The notes under the pieces: model-generated
Told to the model about the DNA's origin: nothing
Seen by the model: the letters and a program-made list of their open reading frames with translations, nothing else
The model's database searches: none
Shown: piece by piece, positions 37,206 through 45,748 of the stretch
Numbering within the stretch: the stretch's first letter is position 1
How the letters are laid out: every line of letters begins with the position of its first letter
NCBI GenBank assembly: GCA_903899885.1
Contig: CAIULK010000014.1
Coordinates: 18,362-82,361 of the forward strand
Origin: an uncultured Rhodospirillaceae bacterium
Lineage (GTDB): Bacteria; Pseudomonadota; Alphaproteobacteria; Rhodospirillales; Magnetospirillaceae
DNA length: 64,000 nt
Direction: 5' to 3'
Translations under genes and position numbers: made by a program

Positions 37206-38942
37206 TTAGGAAATCCCCTTGCGCTCGATCAGCGCCTGAAGACTGCGCGCGGTTTCGCGGCGCTGGGCTTGGGATTTGTTGAGGGGAATCCTCTCGCCCT
37301 CGACGGATTCATATCCCTCGGGCAGAATATGGGCGGGTTTGAGCGGTTCCTCGACGCTCTCGATGTCGAAGTCGGCCTCGGTCAGGCCGCGGTACTTGAC
37401 GACGATGGTCGACCACACCGCGAACCAGACCAGGAAATAGCCCCACCGCCCCGGAATATGGTCGCGTCCGGCCGTCAGCACGGCACCTCGGGCAAGGTGC
37501 CACAGATTGGCGGGCCGCCGGGCGAACGCCCACAGGCGGCTGAGGGTAAGGCGCAGGGCCTGGGGATTGTTGCGCACCACCCGCAGGGCTAGGCGCGGGT
37601 CGAAATAGCCCTTGCCGGAAACCGGCACATAATGGCCGCGATTCAGATTGTCGAGAAACGCCGTCAGGCGGGCGACCTGATAACCGCCGTCGCACACCCG
37701 CCGCGAAAAGCGCATGAAGCCCGCGATGATCGTGTCGCGCGGCAGCAGATAGCGGATGTTGGTGTGGTACTTGTGTCCGCCTAGCCCCAGCTTGCCGGCA
37801 CGGATGCGCCCGGCCAGCGTCATGCGCCGGTACAGCGGCGTGCCCGGCAGGGCCGTCAGCAGCGACGGATCGCCCGACAACAGGCCCGCCCGCAACAGGC
37901 CGTCGATCGTCGTGTCGAAGCTCGCCTCGGTGTCGGAATCGAAGCCGAAGATCAGCCCGGCCATGACGGGGAAGCCGAACGACTGAATCGCGCGCACCGC
38001 CTCGACGACCCCGGCCGCCGAATTCTGCACCTTGGCGGTTTCCAGAAGCGAGTTCGCATCGAAGCTTTCGACGCCGATGAACAGGTTGTCGAAACCGGCC
38101 TCGCGCATCTTGCGCATCAGGTTCGGGTACTTGCACAGATTGATGGTCAGCCACGTATAGAAAACCGGCCGGTAACCGCTTCGTTCCCGCCACGCCAGGA
38201 GCGCATCGACCACCTCCTCGGCCCAGCGCGGGTCGCCGATGAAATTGTCGCAGGCCAGCAGGAAGGTGCCGACCCCCAGCGAACACAGATGGTCGATCTC
38301 GGCGACGATCAGGGCGGACGGGGCGCAATGGGCCCGGTTGTTGTCGGGCAGAATGCGGATATCACAGAATTCGCATAAAAAGGGACATCCGCGCGAGACT
38401 TCGAGCACGGCGCCGTAATAGCGGCCCACCGTCGCATCCATCAGCCCCCGGTGCATCGGGCGCGCCTGGGCCAGCGGAAAGCGTTCGCGGGCGCGGATGA
38501 CGCGTTCGGGGCGGTCGCCGGCCAGGATGCGCGCCGCCAGAGGGGCGATCTCGGCCTCGCCGTCGCCGATGACCAGGTGATCGAAGGCGGCCAGTCTTTC
38601 CAGTTCCCCCGCCTGATCGAACGACCAGCAGATCGGCCCGCCCAAAACATGAACGGACCGGGGAAAACGGCGTTTCAGCCGATCATGCACCGAGAGCAGC
38701 GAATCCGTATCCTGGTTGACCCCCGAATAGAGGAACAACTCGGCCTCGGCGATCCGGTCCGCATCGATGAAACGGGTATCGACAAGCGCAAGGACGGTGC
38801 GGCCGTCGCCGGGCAGATGCGCGGCCAGGGTATAGGCCCACACCGGCATGAAGATCACGCCGTTGTTCTGGACCTCGGAATACAGCCGGTCGGGAGCGTG
38901 GACAAAGGTGATCCTAAACGGACCGGACGGCCTATTCCCCAT
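37206..38942 (-). CDS. B12-binding-domain radical SAM enzyme
   Basis: It has the Cx3Cx2C motif 'VSRGCPFLCEFCDI' and an N-terminal cobalamin-binding-like domain. The ATG at 38942 has an AAGGTGAG RBS; the GTG at 38954 is an alternative start. Confidence 0.85.
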   Translation of the reverse strand: MGNRPSGPFRITFVHAPDRLYSEVQNNGVIFMPVWAYTLAAHLPGDGRTVLALVDTRFIDADRIAEAELFLYSGVNQDTDSLLSVHDRLKRRFPRSVHVLGGPICWSFDQAGELERLAAFDHLVIGDGEAEIAPLAARILAGDRPERVIRARERFPLAQARPMHRGLMDATVGRYYGAVLEVSRGCPFLCEFCDIRILPDNNRAHCAPSALIVAEIDHLCSLGVGTFLLACDNFIGDPRWAEEVVDALLAWRERSGYRPVFYTWLTINLCKYPNLMRKMREAGFDNLFIGVESFDANSLLETAKVQNSAAGVVEAVRAIQSFGFPVMAGLIFGFDSDTEASFDTTIDGLLRAGLLSGDPSLLTALPGTPLYRRMTLAGRIRAGKLGLGGHKYHTNIRYLLPRDTIIAGFMRFSRRVCDGGYQVARLTAFLDNLNRGHYVPVSGKGYFDPRLALRVVRNNPQALRLTLSRLWAFARRPANLWHLARGAVLTAGRDHIPGRWGYFLVWFAVWSTIVVKYRGLTEADFDIESVEEPLKPAHILPEGYESVEGERIPLNKSQAQRRETARSLQALIERKGIS

Positions 38943-40197
38943 GAGTGATCTCACCTTTCCCGGGATGCTCGCCGAACGGACGGGCGGCGGTTTCGAGCAC
39001 CTGAATCATTTCCTCCGCCTGACGCTGGCGCGTGTGCTGGGGCGCCGCGTTCAGGCTGGCGGCGGCCAAACCGGCGCGCAACGCCCCGTCGTCGGCCAGA
39101 CGTTCCGCCGCCTGGGCGAACGCGGGCGGATCCTCGGGCGGTACCCACAGCCCGGCGCCGTGCGTGGTCACGATCTCGGCCGCTTCGCCCATCGGGATCA
39201 CCGCCAGCAACGGCAGTCCCATCGCCATCGCCTCGAAAATCTTCGACGGAATCACCTCGGCGAACACCGGCGAATCGCGAAGATGGATCAAGGCCGCGTC
39301 GCACAGACTCCAGATTCGGCACATCTCGGCCTTGGGCTGCATCGGCATCATCACGACATTGGTCAGGCCGCGCCGCTCGCGCTCGTCGAGCAGCATCGGC
39401 CGCTCCGCGCCGTCGCCCACCAGCAAGAAGCGGATATCGTCGCGGTGGCGCAGCCGGCCGGCCGCGTTCAACACATTCGTCAGGCCGTGCGCCATGCCGT
39501 GGGTGCCGATATAACCGATGACGAATTTGCCGCTTAGGCCCCATTGGGCGGCCAACGCCTCGTCGCGCGGCGTCGGGCGATAGCGCGATAGGTCAACACC
39601 ATTGCGCACCACCGCGATCTTATCGGCCGGAATGCCCCGCCCGGTCAGATTGGTCTTGAAGGCCCGCGTCAACGCCACGATCGCCGCCGACCGGCGGTAC
39701 AAAAACAGCTCCAGCCCCTCCATTAGGCGCAGGCCGAAACTGGGACGCATGGCGCCGACCGCTATAATCGATGCGGGCCAGATGTCGCCCAGCTCGAACA
39801 CGAAGGGCCGCCGGAACCGCAAACCCAGCAGCCAACCAGCGACCGCCGCGAAAAACTGCGGCGACGTCGCCGCCACCACGTCGGGGCGCGGCAAAAACGC
39901 CCCGATGACCACCGCCATGACCATGAAGCTGAGAAAATCCAGCATCCGCAGTACCGTGCCGCGATTGGCCGCGATGAAGGTCTTGACCCGGATGACGCGC
40001 ACGCCGTCGCGCGTTTCCTCGCCGTACCAGTCGTTGCGGAAACCGTCGTGGATCTTGCCCTGGGGGAAGTTGGGAAACGAGGTGATCACCGTCACCCGAT
40101 GCCCCCACGCCGCCCAATAGGCGGCGCGCTCCGACACCCGGGTCGCCGCGGCGTTGGTTTCCGGAGGGTAATTGTCGGCAAGAAACAGAATATTCAT
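38932..40197 (-). CDS. WcaI-like GT4 glycosyltransferase
   Basis: The N-terminus 'MNILFLADNYPPETNAAATRVSERAAYWAAWGHRVTVITSFPNFPQGK' is present, together with 'AALIHLRDSPVFAEVIPSKIFEAMAMGLPLL'. Confidence 0.85.
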   Translation of the reverse strand: MNILFLADNYPPETNAAATRVSERAAYWAAWGHRVTVITSFPNFPQGKIHDGFRNDWYGEETRDGVRVIRVKTFIAANRGTVLRMLDFLSFMVMAVVIGAFLPRPDVVAATSPQFFAAVAGWLLGLRFRRPFVFELGDIWPASIIAVGAMRPSFGLRLMEGLELFLYRRSAAIVALTRAFKTNLTGRGIPADKIAVVRNGVDLSRYRPTPRDEALAAQWGLSGKFVIGYIGTHGMAHGLTNVLNAAGRLRHRDDIRFLLVGDGAERPMLLDERERRGLTNVVMMPMQPKAEMCRIWSLCDAALIHLRDSPVFAEVIPSKIFEAMAMGLPLLAVIPMGEAAEIVTTHGAGLWVPPEDPPAFAQAAERLADDGALRAGLAAASLNAAPQHTRQRQAEEMIQVLETAARPFGEHPGKGEITHGE

Positions 40198-40213
40198 CGT
40201 CGGTCCAAACCGA

Positions 40214-40241
40214 TTGCCACGCGTCTCCCCATGGGTATCAT
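40214..40241 (+). promoter_or_regulatory. Candidate sigma70-type promoter TTGCCA-N16-TATCAT for the 40329 gene
   Basis: Read in the divergent intergenic region, about 90 nt upstream of the ATG. This is a pattern match only. Confidence 0.3.
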
Positions 40242-40328
40242 ACCGGCACGGTCCATTGAAACCGGCCAATAAACGCGAAGACGGTGGCGCCCCCTTTCCC
40301 GGACGGCCACAAGATGGGGAATTGATCA

Positions 40329-42101
40329 ATGGCGACCACGTCGTCCGTCCGCAAAGCGGCATCCTTGTGCGTGGGCGCGCTGGGCGCGCTGGGGTTGGTT
40401 CTGCTCTGGGCGGTGCCGTTTTCCGTGCTGGCGGCGCTCGCCGATTCCCTGGCGGTGACCGGCCATTCCACTCTGTTCACCCCGGAATTGTTCGGCCATT
40501 TGCGCTCCGGCACGGCCCCGCTGTGCGCGGCGGCCCTGATCCTGGGCGCGGCCGGACTGGCCCTCGGCGCCCGGATCGATCCGTTCCTATCCGCCCTCGC
40601 CGCCGATCTGCGGCGAATGCTGGCCGACGGTGTAATCTCGTTCCGAAACAGGCTGCTGTCGGGACCCGATCGTTGGGGGATCGCCGCCGTGATCCTGACC
40701 GCGCTGGTCTTGCGGCTGTCGGTGCTTGGCCAGCCGATCCGAAATGATGAGGCGGTCAGCTATGTGGAGATCGCGGCGCGCTCGCTGCGCACGGTCCTCA
40801 TGGATCCGTGGAGCAAGTATCACGCCCTGAACAACATTCTGGTCTTCGTCTCCACCCGTCTGTTGGGCGATGCCGAGTGGGCGATCCGGCTTCCGGTGTT
40901 CCTGGCGGGAATGGCGGTGGTCGTTCTTACCATCTGGCTTGGGGCCAGCCGCTTCTCGCCGAGGACCGGGCTGGTCGGCGGCACGCTGGTGGGGGTGGCG
41001 TGGCCGATGGTGGAATATTCCGCCAATGCCCGTGGGTACATGTTGGGAACGGCCTTCATGCTGGCCTGCGCCCAGATGCTGCATTACGCCCGGGAACGCG
41101 ACAATCGGGCGGCGTGGATCGGGGGGGCCCTGGCGGCGGCCGTGTCGATTTTCAGCGTTCCCACCATGGTCGTTCCGCTGTTGGGCGTTGCACTTTGGCT
41201 GATCGGACTGACGGCGATCGAACGCAAGCCGTCCTTCGGCCGGCTGCTGCGGCGCGCGGTTCCAGCCGCGTTCATCGCGGCCGCCGCGACGCTGATCTTG
41301 TATTTTCCCTACTGGGTCATCGAAGGCCCGCGCAGCTTGTTCGTCACCCCGTCCATGTTGCTGCCCTCGCCCGACGCGACGTTCTTCACGGCCTGGTCCG
41401 AAATGCTGGGTGCCTTTCGGCTGATATGCGATTTCGCGCTCTCCACGCCCGTCCTGGCGGGAGCGTGCGTCTTGGCGCTGATCGGCATCATCACCGCACC
41501 GGAGGCGGCGGCTCTGTTCGCCGGACATCTGATCGCGGCGACCGCCTTTTTGTTTCTCACGCATTTCGGCCCCATTGTGGCGCGGATCTACATTCCCTTC
41601 TTTCCGTTCTTCGCCCTGCTGGCCGGCCGCGGCGTTTCGCGGCTGGAGCGGGTGTCGCATCGATCGACACCGGTCCTCGCGCTCTTGGTTCTGATGGCGG
41701 CGGGTGCCGCCGGGTGGAACAGTCTGGACCTTCCCGAGCGCCTTCAACAGGACCCGATCGGGGCCGTGCGGGACGCGCGCTGCCGGGCCGCGGAGATTCT
41801 GGACCGCCTGGAACCTGGAGACGGTGTCGTCGGAACTGGGCTGAACGCGCCGCTGATCTACGATCTGATCCGGGAGGGGAGAAAACGGGGCCGCCTCATG
41901 GTTCACGGCACCGCCCCGCTTCCCGAAACGCAGGATTACGGCATGGTCCAGGAGTGTCCAGCCGCCACATGCGCCGCCCAGCCTCGCGGCTATATCTTCG
42001 TGACGTCGAACAATTCGGATACCGTGCCGCCGCTTTTGGCCCAACTTCCGATCCGGCTGGTCCTGCCGTTCACTCACTGCGCCAAGGGGATCGTCCGGTG
42101 A
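40329..42101 (+). CDS. GT-C fold membrane glycosyltransferase (family 39/PMT_2-like)
   Basis: The first-loop motif is 'GQPIRNDEAVSYVEIA'. There are about 12 TM segments and a soluble C-terminal domain. Confidence 0.7.
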   Translation: MATTSSVRKAASLCVGALGALGLVLLWAVPFSVLAALADSLAVTGHSTLFTPELFGHLRSGTAPLCAAALILGAAGLALGARIDPFLSALAADLRRMLADGVISFRNRLLSGPDRWGIAAVILTALVLRLSVLGQPIRNDEAVSYVEIAARSLRTVLMDPWSKYHALNNILVFVSTRLLGDAEWAIRLPVFLAGMAVVVLTIWLGASRFSPRTGLVGGTLVGVAWPMVEYSANARGYMLGTAFMLACAQMLHYARERDNRAAWIGGALAAAVSIFSVPTMVVPLLGVALWLIGLTAIERKPSFGRLLRRAVPAAFIAAAATLILYFPYWVIEGPRSLFVTPSMLLPSPDATFFTAWSEMLGAFRLICDFALSTPVLAGACVLALIGIITAPEAAALFAGHLIAATAFLFLTHFGPIVARIYIPFFPFFALLAGRGVSRLERVSHRSTPVLALLVLMAAGAAGWNSLDLPERLQQDPIGAVRDARCRAAEILDRLEPGDGVVGTGLNAPLIYDLIREGRKRGRLMVHGTAPLPETQDYGMVQECPAATCAAQPRGYIFVTSNNSDTVPPLLAQLPIRLVLPFTHCAKGIVR

Positions 42102-42126
42102 TTTTTGATGGGGGGGATCTTTCGGC

Positions 42127-42933
42127 ATGTCGTTGATCGAACTCGACGATGCGATTATTTACGCCGGACACGATCTGGAGATTCTGTCCGAGGCGCCCTA
42201 TTACCATGCCTGGATCGTCGATTACTTCCTGCCCTATCTGCGCGGCCATGTGGTGGAAATCGGCGCGGGAACCGGGTCGATGTCGGTTCGTCTGGCGCCG
42301 CTGGCCGAGCGCTTGGACGTGATTGAGCCGTCCGCCAATCTGATTCCGGTTCTGGAACACCGGTTGGCCGCCCACCCCCACGCACGGGTCAGCCGGGGAC
42401 TGTTGTTCGACGATTTGGTCCGCCGTCCCGATAATTCGGTTGACGCGGTGGTGTTGATCAACGTGCTGGAACATATCGACGATGACGATGCGGCTCTTGC
42501 CGAAATCGCCCGGGTGTTGGTCCCCGGAGGTCATCTGCTGCTGTACGTTCCGGCGCTACCGATGCTGATGAGCAATCTCGACCGGGTGCATGGGCATTTT
42601 CGCCGCTATATGCGACGGAGCCTGACCGCCAAGGTCGGTCTGGCTGGTCTTGTTCCCCTGGACACCCGCTATATGGATTTGCCGGGCGTCCCGGCATGGC
42701 TGCTGTTGAATACCTGGGGCGGCAAGGTGACGTTCAACCCGCGTCTGATCCGTGTTTACGACCGGCTGGTCGTGCCGCTGGCCCGGCGCTTGGAAAGCTT
42801 GATCCCCCCCCCGATCGGCAAGAACCTGATCATGGTCGCCGAAAAAGTGATGGATTCAGCTTTTCGCCAGCATCCGGAAGAAGACCTTGATGAAAACTGG
42901 CAGGTCACTCTTGAAGGAACGGATCGGACTTAG
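42127..42933 (+). CDS. Class I SAM-dependent methyltransferase
   Basis: Motif I 'VVEIGAGTGSMS' and 'LINVLEHIDDD' are present. Confidence 0.8.
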   Translation: MSLIELDDAIIYAGHDLEILSEAPYYHAWIVDYFLPYLRGHVVEIGAGTGSMSVRLAPLAERLDVIEPSANLIPVLEHRLAAHPHARVSRGLLFDDLVRRPDNSVDAVVLINVLEHIDDDDAALAEIARVLVPGGHLLLYVPALPMLMSNLDRVHGHFRRYMRRSLTAKVGLAGLVPLDTRYMDLPGVPAWLLLNTWGGKVTFNPRLIRVYDRLVVPLARRLESLIPPPIGKNLIMVAEKVMDSAFRQHPEEDLDENWQVTLEGTDRT

Positions 42934-44310
42934 CTTTATCTTAAGGCAGTATCCATACCATAAATAATACAGCACAGAATAAAACGACGTAAGCGGAAGG
43001 CTACACAGAAAATCGACATGCTTTCTAAGGAACGGAAAACGCACGATAATTCCAAAAAGTTTATGAAGATTTTCTATACGGCGTTTTTCCATGTCCGATG
43101 AAAATTTTAGAACGGATGTTTTCTTGTTCGTCTCCAAGAACGGTACGGTTCCCGTCATGTGGCCGGATTGGCGGGCGGCGGCTTCGATCCCGGTGCCGGG
43201 ATAGGGATAAAGAATCGACGACCAGCCGAACGCGGGCCGGATCGCGATATTCAGATCCAATGTTTTCAGATCGGTCACATAGGCGTCGGCGACCGGCAAA
43301 CCCACCAAATTCTGCGTGATCAACCGGACGCCGTTGTCCGCCAGAACGCGGGCGGCATTGCGGATTTGACCATTGGTCAGTCCGCGTTTCAGCAGATGAT
43401 TGGCGGCCTCCTCGTCGCCGCATTCGACACCCATCCAGGTGAACCGCAACCCCGCGTCCTTCAGCATCCGGATGGTTTCATCCCGCACCACGTTGGCTCG
43501 CACCGTGCACGAAAACGGCACCCCGATCTCGCGCTTGAACAGGGTGGCGAATTCCTCCAGCCATCCGGGCGGTTTCAGCAAGAAGAGGTCGTCGATGAAA
43601 TAGACGTGATCCAAGGGATAGCGGTCCTTGACCCAGCGGACTTCCTCCACCACCCGTCTCGGCGAATGGGTCCGCACCACCTTGCCCTTGTTTTTGTAGG
43701 TCGCGTTGTAGGTGGAATTGAAGCAGTAGGTGCAGTGATACGGGCACCCCCGGGCGGTCATGAAATGTTTGGTGCCGATACGCGCCAGTTCGGGATCGGC
43801 GTCGTACAAAACGGTCCGATCCGGAAGCGGCAGGCTGTCCATCTCGGCGACGAGCGGGCGAATCTCGTTTTTGAAAATCCGGCCGTCGTGCTTCACATGA
43901 AAGTTAGGGGTCAGCCAAAACGGCTCGCCGGCCCCCAGGCGCGAGCAGAATTCCGGAAAGGCCTCGTCCCCCTCCCCGATGCAGATGGCATCGACGCCCT
44001 CTTCCTCGATCATTTGCGGAAAAAAAGTGGGATGCGCGCCGCCGAATACCGCCACGAAGTCGTTTTCGGCCTTCAGGTCGCGATTCAAGGCCGCCAGCGC
44101 GGTATGCTCGCCGGTCATGGCGGTATAACCGACGACGTCGGGCTTGACCTCGCGCACCTTGCGCAACAGGTCGCCGGGTTCATGGTGCCCCGCCACGATC
44201 AACGATACCGTGTGGCCCCGCGCTTTCAGCCCGGCGCTTAACGCCAGCACCCCGATTCGTTCGTAGGCTATGGAATCCCGAACGAGGATCAACACTCGGA
44301 TGCCGGTCAT
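42856..44310 (-). CDS. B12-binding-domain radical SAM enzyme
   Basis: It has the Cx3Cx2C motif 'TARGCPYHCTYCFN' and an N-terminal B12-binding-like domain ('ILVRDSIAYERIGVLALSAGLKARGHTV'). Confidence 0.85.
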   Translation of the reverse strand: MTGIRVLILVRDSIAYERIGVLALSAGLKARGHTVSLIVAGHHEPGDLLRKVREVKPDVVGYTAMTGEHTALAALNRDLKAENDFVAVFGGAHPTFFPQMIEEEGVDAICIGEGDEAFPEFCSRLGAGEPFWLTPNFHVKHDGRIFKNEIRPLVAEMDSLPLPDRTVLYDADPELARIGTKHFMTARGCPYHCTYCFNSTYNATYKNKGKVVRTHSPRRVVEEVRWVKDRYPLDHVYFIDDLFLLKPPGWLEEFATLFKREIGVPFSCTVRANVVRDETIRMLKDAGLRFTWMGVECGDEEAANHLLKRGLTNGQIRNAARVLADNGVRLITQNLVGLPVADAYVTDLKTLDLNIAIRPAFGWSSILYPYPGTGIEAAARQSGHMTGTVPFLETNKKTSVLKFSSDMEKRRIENLHKLFGIIVRFPFLRKHVDFLCSLPLTSFYSVLYYLWYGYCLKIKLSPIRSFKSDLPVFIKVFFRMLAKS

Positions 44311-44327
44311 CTTTCCTATCCGTTGCC

Positions 44328-45680
44328 CTATCCCGGCGGGGCGGGGGGCGTTCCGCTGGCGGCCTCGGCCTCCATCCGGCCCATCGCGCCCAGCAGTTCA
44401 TAGGATGCCGCCACCATGTCGTAATAAGCGCCGAGATAGTTGATGCGGGCGTCGTTGATCTTGATTTCGCTGTCGAGAACCTCGGTGATGGTGGCCTTGC
44501 CCGCTTCGTGACGCTCGCGCATCGCCTTCCACAGCGCCTCGGCCAGATTGGCGGCGTTGTTGAGCAGCCCCATCCGCTCGCGGGCGGTCGATAGCTTGTA
44601 CCATGAGGTCCGGGTCAGCTCGAACACCTTGCGCCCGGCATAGACGTGATTGTCCAGGCTGGCGCCATGTTCGTGGGCGGCCTGCTTGACCAGCGATTGG
44701 GTTTTGAAGCCCGAGAATATTTCCCAATTGGCGGCCACCAACACCGACATGTCGCGCTTCAGCCCGGTGACGGCGTCGTTGCCGTCATTGTAGGCGGCGT
44801 GCCCGACCAGATCGAGCGTGGGATACCACCCCGCCTCGGCGCCTCGGCGTTTTTGGCCAGTCAGTTCGACATTGTCGCGGGCGGTTTCGATCGATGGATT
44901 TTCCTTGTCGGCAACGGCCAGGGCCTCGTCGATCGTCTTGGGAAGCAGGGCTTCGGGCAGGGGCGGCTCGGCCAGGGCGGCCAAATCGGGGGCATGGCCG
45001 AAAACCTGGGTGTATTTGGCGACGGCGGCCTGAAACTCGCCCTCGTAACGCACGCGGGCCTCCTTGGCGGTTTGCAGCCGCTGCTTGGCGGCCAAGACGT
45101 CCGAGGCCAGACCGGCGCCCTTTTCGACCCGTTCGTCTTCCAACTGAAGCTGCTCTTGAACCTTGCGCTCGCTTTCATGGGCAAGGTCGATCATCCGGGT
45201 TGCCTTGAGCACCGACACATAGGCGGTCACCCCTTCGAGCATGACGTTCTGGCGGGTGGTGCGCAGATCGGCATCCGAAATGTCGCGGCTAACCTCGGCG
45301 GCCGACACGGCCGCCTGGGTGGCCTCGCCGTCGTAAAGATGCTGGGTGACGGTCAGCCCGCTGGTTTCGCGGTTACGGAAATAGGGTTGGCCTTGGTTCT
45401 CGCGCCGATCCTGGCTATCGACATATTGCGGCCCGACGTCGCCGTTCAATTTGACGGTCGGCAGAAAGCCAGCGCGGGCGGCGCCAATACCCTCGGCCGC
45501 GGCCGAGACCGATTTGGCCTTGGATTGAATTTGCGGATGATCGGTAAGAAGGTTTTGCAGCTCGTCACCCAGGGATTGGGCATGGGACGGCGACGCGCAA
45601 AGACATGCCGCGACACACACCGCCCATCGGATTTTGGAATCCCGCCGAGCCAAAGAAACGCCCCTTCGCAAGTTCGACAA
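44328..45680 (-). CDS. TolC-family outer-membrane efflux/type I secretion protein
   Basis: It has a signal peptide ending 'SPSHAQS' and the two-fold repeated alpha/beta architecture typical of TolC. Confidence 0.8.
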   Translation of the reverse strand: MSNLRRGVSLARRDSKIRWAVCVAACLCASPSHAQSLGDELQNLLTDHPQIQSKAKSVSAAAEGIGAARAGFLPTVKLNGDVGPQYVDSQDRRENQGQPYFRNRETSGLTVTQHLYDGEATQAAVSAAEVSRDISDADLRTTRQNVMLEGVTAYVSVLKATRMIDLAHESERKVQEQLQLEDERVEKGAGLASDVLAAKQRLQTAKEARVRYEGEFQAAVAKYTQVFGHAPDLAALAEPPLPEALLPKTIDEALAVADKENPSIETARDNVELTGQKRRGAEAGWYPTLDLVGHAAYNDGNDAVTGLKRDMSVLVAANWEIFSGFKTQSLVKQAAHEHGASLDNHVYAGRKVFELTRTSWYKLSTARERMGLLNNAANLAEALWKAMRERHEAGKATITEVLDSEIKINDARINYLGAYYDMVAASYELLGAMGRMEAEAASGTPPAPPG

Positions 45681-45721
45681 ACAACCTTTCAGGAAAGGGT
45701 ATACTGCGAAAGTTAACGAAG

Positions 45722-45748
45722 GAAAAGCAAATCCCCCCCGGCGGGATT
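45722..45748 (-). terminator. Candidate intrinsic terminator after the AsnB-like gene
   Basis: On the minus strand the sequence reads AATCCC-GCCGGGG-GGGATT followed by TGCTTTTCC. The hairpin overlaps the stop codon. Confidence 0.35.
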
